Below are positions 35,471 through 38,593 of a DNA stretch of 38,593 nucleotides, piece by piece; within the stretch, counting starts at the first letter, position 1, and the number at the start of each line of letters is the position of its first letter. Below the pieces are notes generated by a model. The model had not been told where the DNA came from. It saw only the letters and a list, made by a program, of their open reading frames with translations, and did not search any database. This DNA comes from Cocleimonas sp. (GTDB lineage Bacteria > Pseudomonadota > Gammaproteobacteria > Thiotrichales > Thiotrichaceae): contig JAGLDQ010000022.1 in assembly GCA_023145535.1 (NCBI GenBank), positions 1 through 38,593 of the forward strand, given 5' to 3'. A program made the translations under genes and the position numbers.

Positions 35471-36769
35471 TTATTTAATCATCGAGGATAATTCTTCAAA
35501 CTTACGCTGCATAGCAAGGTTCTCAAAGGGCACTATTTCAGGAATTTGAATATTCATTAGCGCACTAAACGAAGCACGATTCGTTTTCATTAGCTGAATT
35601 AAATCCGCACTAATTTTCACCGTATCATAGGTATTTTTAGCTACTTTATAATCATTTAGAATCAAACGACGCGCTTTGGCTACTTTTTCTTTTTGCTGAT
35701 TCAGTTGCTCTGCATAAAGCCGTGCAACTTTTAAGGTAAGCTGTTGCGCTTTAAGATTTTTATGCAATAACGCCTTACGATTACGTTGTGTCTCGGTGGC
35801 GAGTAAGCGGGTTGACTCTTCATTAATACGCCGTGTTTCCATGCTGATCATTTCAATTTTTGGTAGATAATCCTCATCCAGCTTTTTCACATAATTATCC
35901 TGCATATTGATCACCAGTTTTAATAACACCACATGCATTCCGTAGTATTTACGTGCTTGATCAATATTTTCATGCGTTTCTTTAGTCAAACCCATTAATT
36001 GCTCTGTTATCTCCTTTAAAACATCATAAACTAACGACATTTTAATAATATCATCCGCATCCACCCGTGATAACAAAACATCAACCTGTGCATCACTCAA
36101 TAATAATCCAGAAGCATTAAAGCGCTTTTTCAGAATATCTTTTTGATTATCAATACGCCGTGATAACTCATCAATATCACCGTTTAGTTTTGTAATCTTT
36201 TGATCATAATCAGCACGCTCATCATTGTCGGCCACAATACGCTTTTCCATATGGCGAGAGATGGTGTTTTTCTTATGACTAATCTTCGCTTTCAATGCCT
36301 CAATATTCTCACGGTTTTTAGAAATTTCAGGGCTCGATAGCAGCCCCTCAATAACCACAAACACATCCATCTGATCCTCGCTCAATGACTGCTTATCCGC
36401 ACCAAAAAAGCGCGACTCAGGGGCTTGGTCAATTTGCGAGTTAATCTCCAATGCTTGATTTAGATTATTTAGAATATCCTTCCAGACAACTTGAATATGT
36501 TCCTTTTTTTGCTGTTCGATAAGCCCAGAGGTAACGCTTGAACTCGTTGGCTCTGTTGTTAGCCCATCATAATAAGTTTTTGACTTATCCAGCGCATCAC
36601 TGGTGTACGCTTTACTTTTTTCATAAGCGTTACCGCCTATTTCTTTCGTGTTCTGCCACGCATTATCAAACGTATTTTGCCAGTCGGCATGGCTTGTTTG
36701 TACGCTCAATAGTGAAGAAGTCATTAGTAATACGGCAAGTTTAATTTTTATCATGAGAATATTTTGCAT
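35471..36769 (-). CDS. Exported alpha-helical/coiled-coil protein of unknown function
   Basis: Signal peptide MIKIKLAVLLMTSSLLSVQTSHA (the internal ATG at 36754 may be the true start). The rest is K/E/Q/D/L-rich with heptad-like spacing and has no Cys. I recognise no family. Confidence 0.5.
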   Translation of the reverse strand: MQNILMIKIKLAVLLMTSSLLSVQTSHADWQNTFDNAWQNTKEIGGNAYEKSKAYTSDALDKSKTYYDGLTTEPTSSSVTSGLIEQQKKEHIQVVWKDILNNLNQALEINSQIDQAPESRFFGADKQSLSEDQMDVFVVIEGLLSSPEISKNRENIEALKAKISHKKNTISRHMEKRIVADNDERADYDQKITKLNGDIDELSRRIDNQKDILKKRFNASGLLLSDAQVDVLLSRVDADDIIKMSLVYDVLKEITEQLMGLTKETHENIDQARKYYGMHVVLLKLVINMQDNYVKKLDEDYLPKIEMISMETRRINEESTRLLATETQRNRKALLHKNLKAQQLTLKVARLYAEQLNQQKEKVAKARRLILNDYKVAKNTYDTVKISADLIQLMKTNRASFSALMNIQIPEIVPFENLAMQRKFEELSSMIK

Positions 36770-37007
36770 GTTGGTAAAGATAGCGTCAGTATAGAATATA
36801 AGACCTTAATCTGAGTTTACAATCAGTCAGTCATGTCTCGAATATCATAGGCTTCACTGCCCAAAAGCGTTGGGTCTGCCTTATCAAGGGCGTAATAAAG
36901 TAGATGAGGAACAAATGAGAGTGAAAACAAACGGTTGATACACGTTATTGTACAACCTGAGTTCGGGACAAGAAAAAATATATTTTATCAATGATTATTT
37001 TCTAGTG

Positions 37008-38102
37008 CTAGCCTGTATTTCGCGCCTCAATACAGGCTAAAGGTTGTCCTCTCTCTCCACACGCTTTTCTTGCCTGCTCCAAGCACGCAATCGCTTTTTC
37101 CCAAAGTTCGGTGTACTTCATTTTGCTCAAGGCTTCATCAAAACGACAGTGTTCCTTATTGATCACGGCATGGATGCTTTTTTTCAGTTGTTCAATATCC
37201 GCCACTGCCTGTTGATACGCAATGCGCTTTTTGATTATTTGCCGTTGTTGTTCTTTCTTTTTGCCTGTTTGCGCTGAGGTCGGTTGATCCTCGTTTAAAT
37301 CCAGTGTGCCCGTTAACCAGCGGTTTTTTAGACTCACAAAATAAGCCATCGGGTGACGTATTTTTCCATTTTTTAGGCAGGTGGCGAAATAGTCCAAGAG
37401 GCGTTGGGCTTGTTGCGGAATATTGAGCGGCGCAAGGTGACGGCGAATCAATTGACGTAGTTTTTTAGAAAAGCTATTAGGAAAATGTAGTGTAAAAGGG
37501 GCGGGTTTAACAAACTCAGGGCGGGAGGGTGAGTGAAAATTAGACGATGGCAATCCGTTGTTTGCTTCGTCTTTAATCGTCACCAAGGGTTCTTTTTTGG
37601 GCTTTTCAGGTGTGCTATACAATTGAAAATCAACCGTCTCATCAGCCAGTGGTGCGTTTTGATAAAGATCCGATAATAAACAGCGTGGGTCATTGGTGGT
37701 GGTGTCAGAACTTGGGTTTCCCCAGTTGGGAAAATCGAAATTAATCGCCATCCATTTTCCATAATGCCCTTGACGGGTGATAATAATATTCAACGCCGCT
37801 AAACGGCGCACGGACTCATTCGCATGGTCACTTCGAATCCCCGTCAACTGTTCTAAACGCGCACCATTCATATCATCTTCGCGCTTATCGTAGGCAATAG
37901 TTTGATCATAAGTGGTGGTTAAAATACGAAAATCACGGGACGTTAGCGGCGCAAGGGAGAGCTGATGGATAAAGGCCGTGCCGATTTGAGCGAGATGCTC
38001 AGGCAGTAAATTGAGTTTATTTTTAGCACAACGGGAAGCGTTGGCATAATTTTTTGGGGTAATATCCCCAGCGGTAGCGTACAATATCGCTTGCATAATC
38101 AA
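37008..38102 (-). CDS. Phage/plasmid replication-initiator-like protein (lambda O N-terminal-domain-like)
   Basis: LTSRDFRILTTTYDQTIAYDKREDDMNGARLEQLTGIRSDHANESVRRLAALNIIITRQGHYGKW parallels lambda O LTKRQFKVLLAILRKTYGWNKPMDRITDSQLSEITKLPVKRCNEAKLELVRMNII. The C-terminal LHFPNSF...AQRLLDYF...GKIRHPMAYFVSL block resembles island-borne initiators. The likely start is ATG at 38096 (the track uses TTG at 38102). Confidence 0.6.
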   Translation of the reverse strand: MIMQAILYATAGDITPKNYANASRCAKNKLNLLPEHLAQIGTAFIHQLSLAPLTSRDFRILTTTYDQTIAYDKREDDMNGARLEQLTGIRSDHANESVRRLAALNIIITRQGHYGKWMAINFDFPNWGNPSSDTTTNDPRCLLSDLYQNAPLADETVDFQLYSTPEKPKKEPLVTIKDEANNGLPSSNFHSPSRPEFVKPAPFTLHFPNSFSKKLRQLIRRHLAPLNIPQQAQRLLDYFATCLKNGKIRHPMAYFVSLKNRWLTGTLDLNEDQPTSAQTGKKKEQQRQIIKKRIAYQQAVADIEQLKKSIHAVINKEHCRFDEALSKMKYTELWEKAIACLEQARKACGERGQPLACIEARNTG

Positions 38103-38593
38103 TCTCTTTGTTAGATTGTTTCTGAAGTCCCACTGGTTTGTTGATGCAAATCAGCAGGGCGTTAATTTGTTAGTTTTATCAGCAGATTACACACGTCTGC
38201 CAAGTCCCTATTACTAGACTCCCTTTTTTTGTGAAAAGCAAGCGCGAAATATAAGCAGAGAACAAATCCCCCTTTTTTTCCCAACAGTTAACACTTTCCT
38301 AAAAGCCCCTCCGATCACCGTTGCAAAAACAGGGTCGTTGTTTATTGTGTTATTTGTCTTTGTGTACCCCTTTTTGGGGTGGCTATTTTTAGCCCTTTTA
38401 TGGGCGGCGGGAGATAAAAAAAATACCTAATCATTCTATTTTGAAGCGATAGATATTCAATATTTCGGGTTAGGCGGCATCGCTTGTCGTGCTCCCAAAT
38501 TCTTACTGAGTAACAGACACAGAAAATTCTATTTCCATTGCCGTATCAGAAATTGAATTTGGTAACGAAAAAAAATATTGTTATTATTCAAAG

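Noticed and set aside
37498-37529. GGGCGGG-type G-rich motifs inside the rep gene (also at 2876-2885 and 38406-38413), considered as lambda-style internal iterons
   Set aside because: Only 8-10-nt matches are present, with irregular spacing. No 18-20-bp iteron array is visible inside the gene, and matches at this length are expected by chance.
37831-37840. cttcgaatcc, a tRNA T-loop-like string
   Set aside because: It lies inside the Rep-O-like coding frame with no acceptor, D or anticodon arms around it. I found no tRNA, rRNA, tmRNA, RNase P or SRP signature anywhere in the window by eye.
1-38593. CRISPR arrays, retron/DGR reverse transcriptases, toxin-antitoxin pairs or recognisable defence genes
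   Set aside because: There are no regularly spaced direct repeats. Every ORF over 60 aa is accounted for, and none carries RT, nuclease-helicase, TIR, Sir2 or other defence-type motifs that I can recognise.

Overview
This is an AT-rich chromosomal segment. The gene content suggests a gammaproteobacterial sulfur oxidiser, but that is inference only.

- **1-8.7 kb, envelope genes:** a 5'-truncated LysM protein with Tyr/Pro/Lys repeats, an amidase-like protein, a GT2 glycosyltransferase, a membrane-tethered XRE regulator, an IMPase-family protein, a DUF3301-like protein, an NlpC/P60 peptidase, and a 1034-aa AsmA-family protein.
- **9.0-20.4 kb, respiratory island:** a Crp/Fnr regulator, then a tightly coupled minus-strand operon. 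The operon encodes a ba3-type (B-family) haem-copper oxidase (subunit I, subunit II, and a 50-aa IIa-like ORF missing from the ORF track), a dihaem c4-like cytochrome, a CcoI/FixI-type Cu ATPase, Sco1, PCuAC, an unknown lipoprotein and haem A synthase. It is divergent from flavocytochrome c sulfide dehydrogenase fccAB.
- **20.4-24.8 kb, accessory patch:** a decayed IS903-like element sits between two unrelated gene stumps. Next to it are a very AT-rich Crp-like cassette and an orphan 637-aa calcium-binding protein with 9 RTX nonapeptides plus 5 EF-hand-like modules.
- **25.1-35.4 kb, housekeeping genes:** hisB, hisH, hisA, argJ, an SLT lytic transglycosylase, mfd and minCDE.
- **Right end:** an exported coiled-coil protein of unknown function, a phage/plasmid Rep-O-like initiator, and 490 bp of non-coding, motif-rich DNA.

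I saw no rRNA, tRNA or CRISPR array.

The best candidates for something new are:
- the sulfide-to-oxygen module, with its atypical maturation set and FNR-like double box;
- the RTX/EF-hand protein;
- an orphan promoter-terminator pair that may define an sRNA;
- the Rep-O region.
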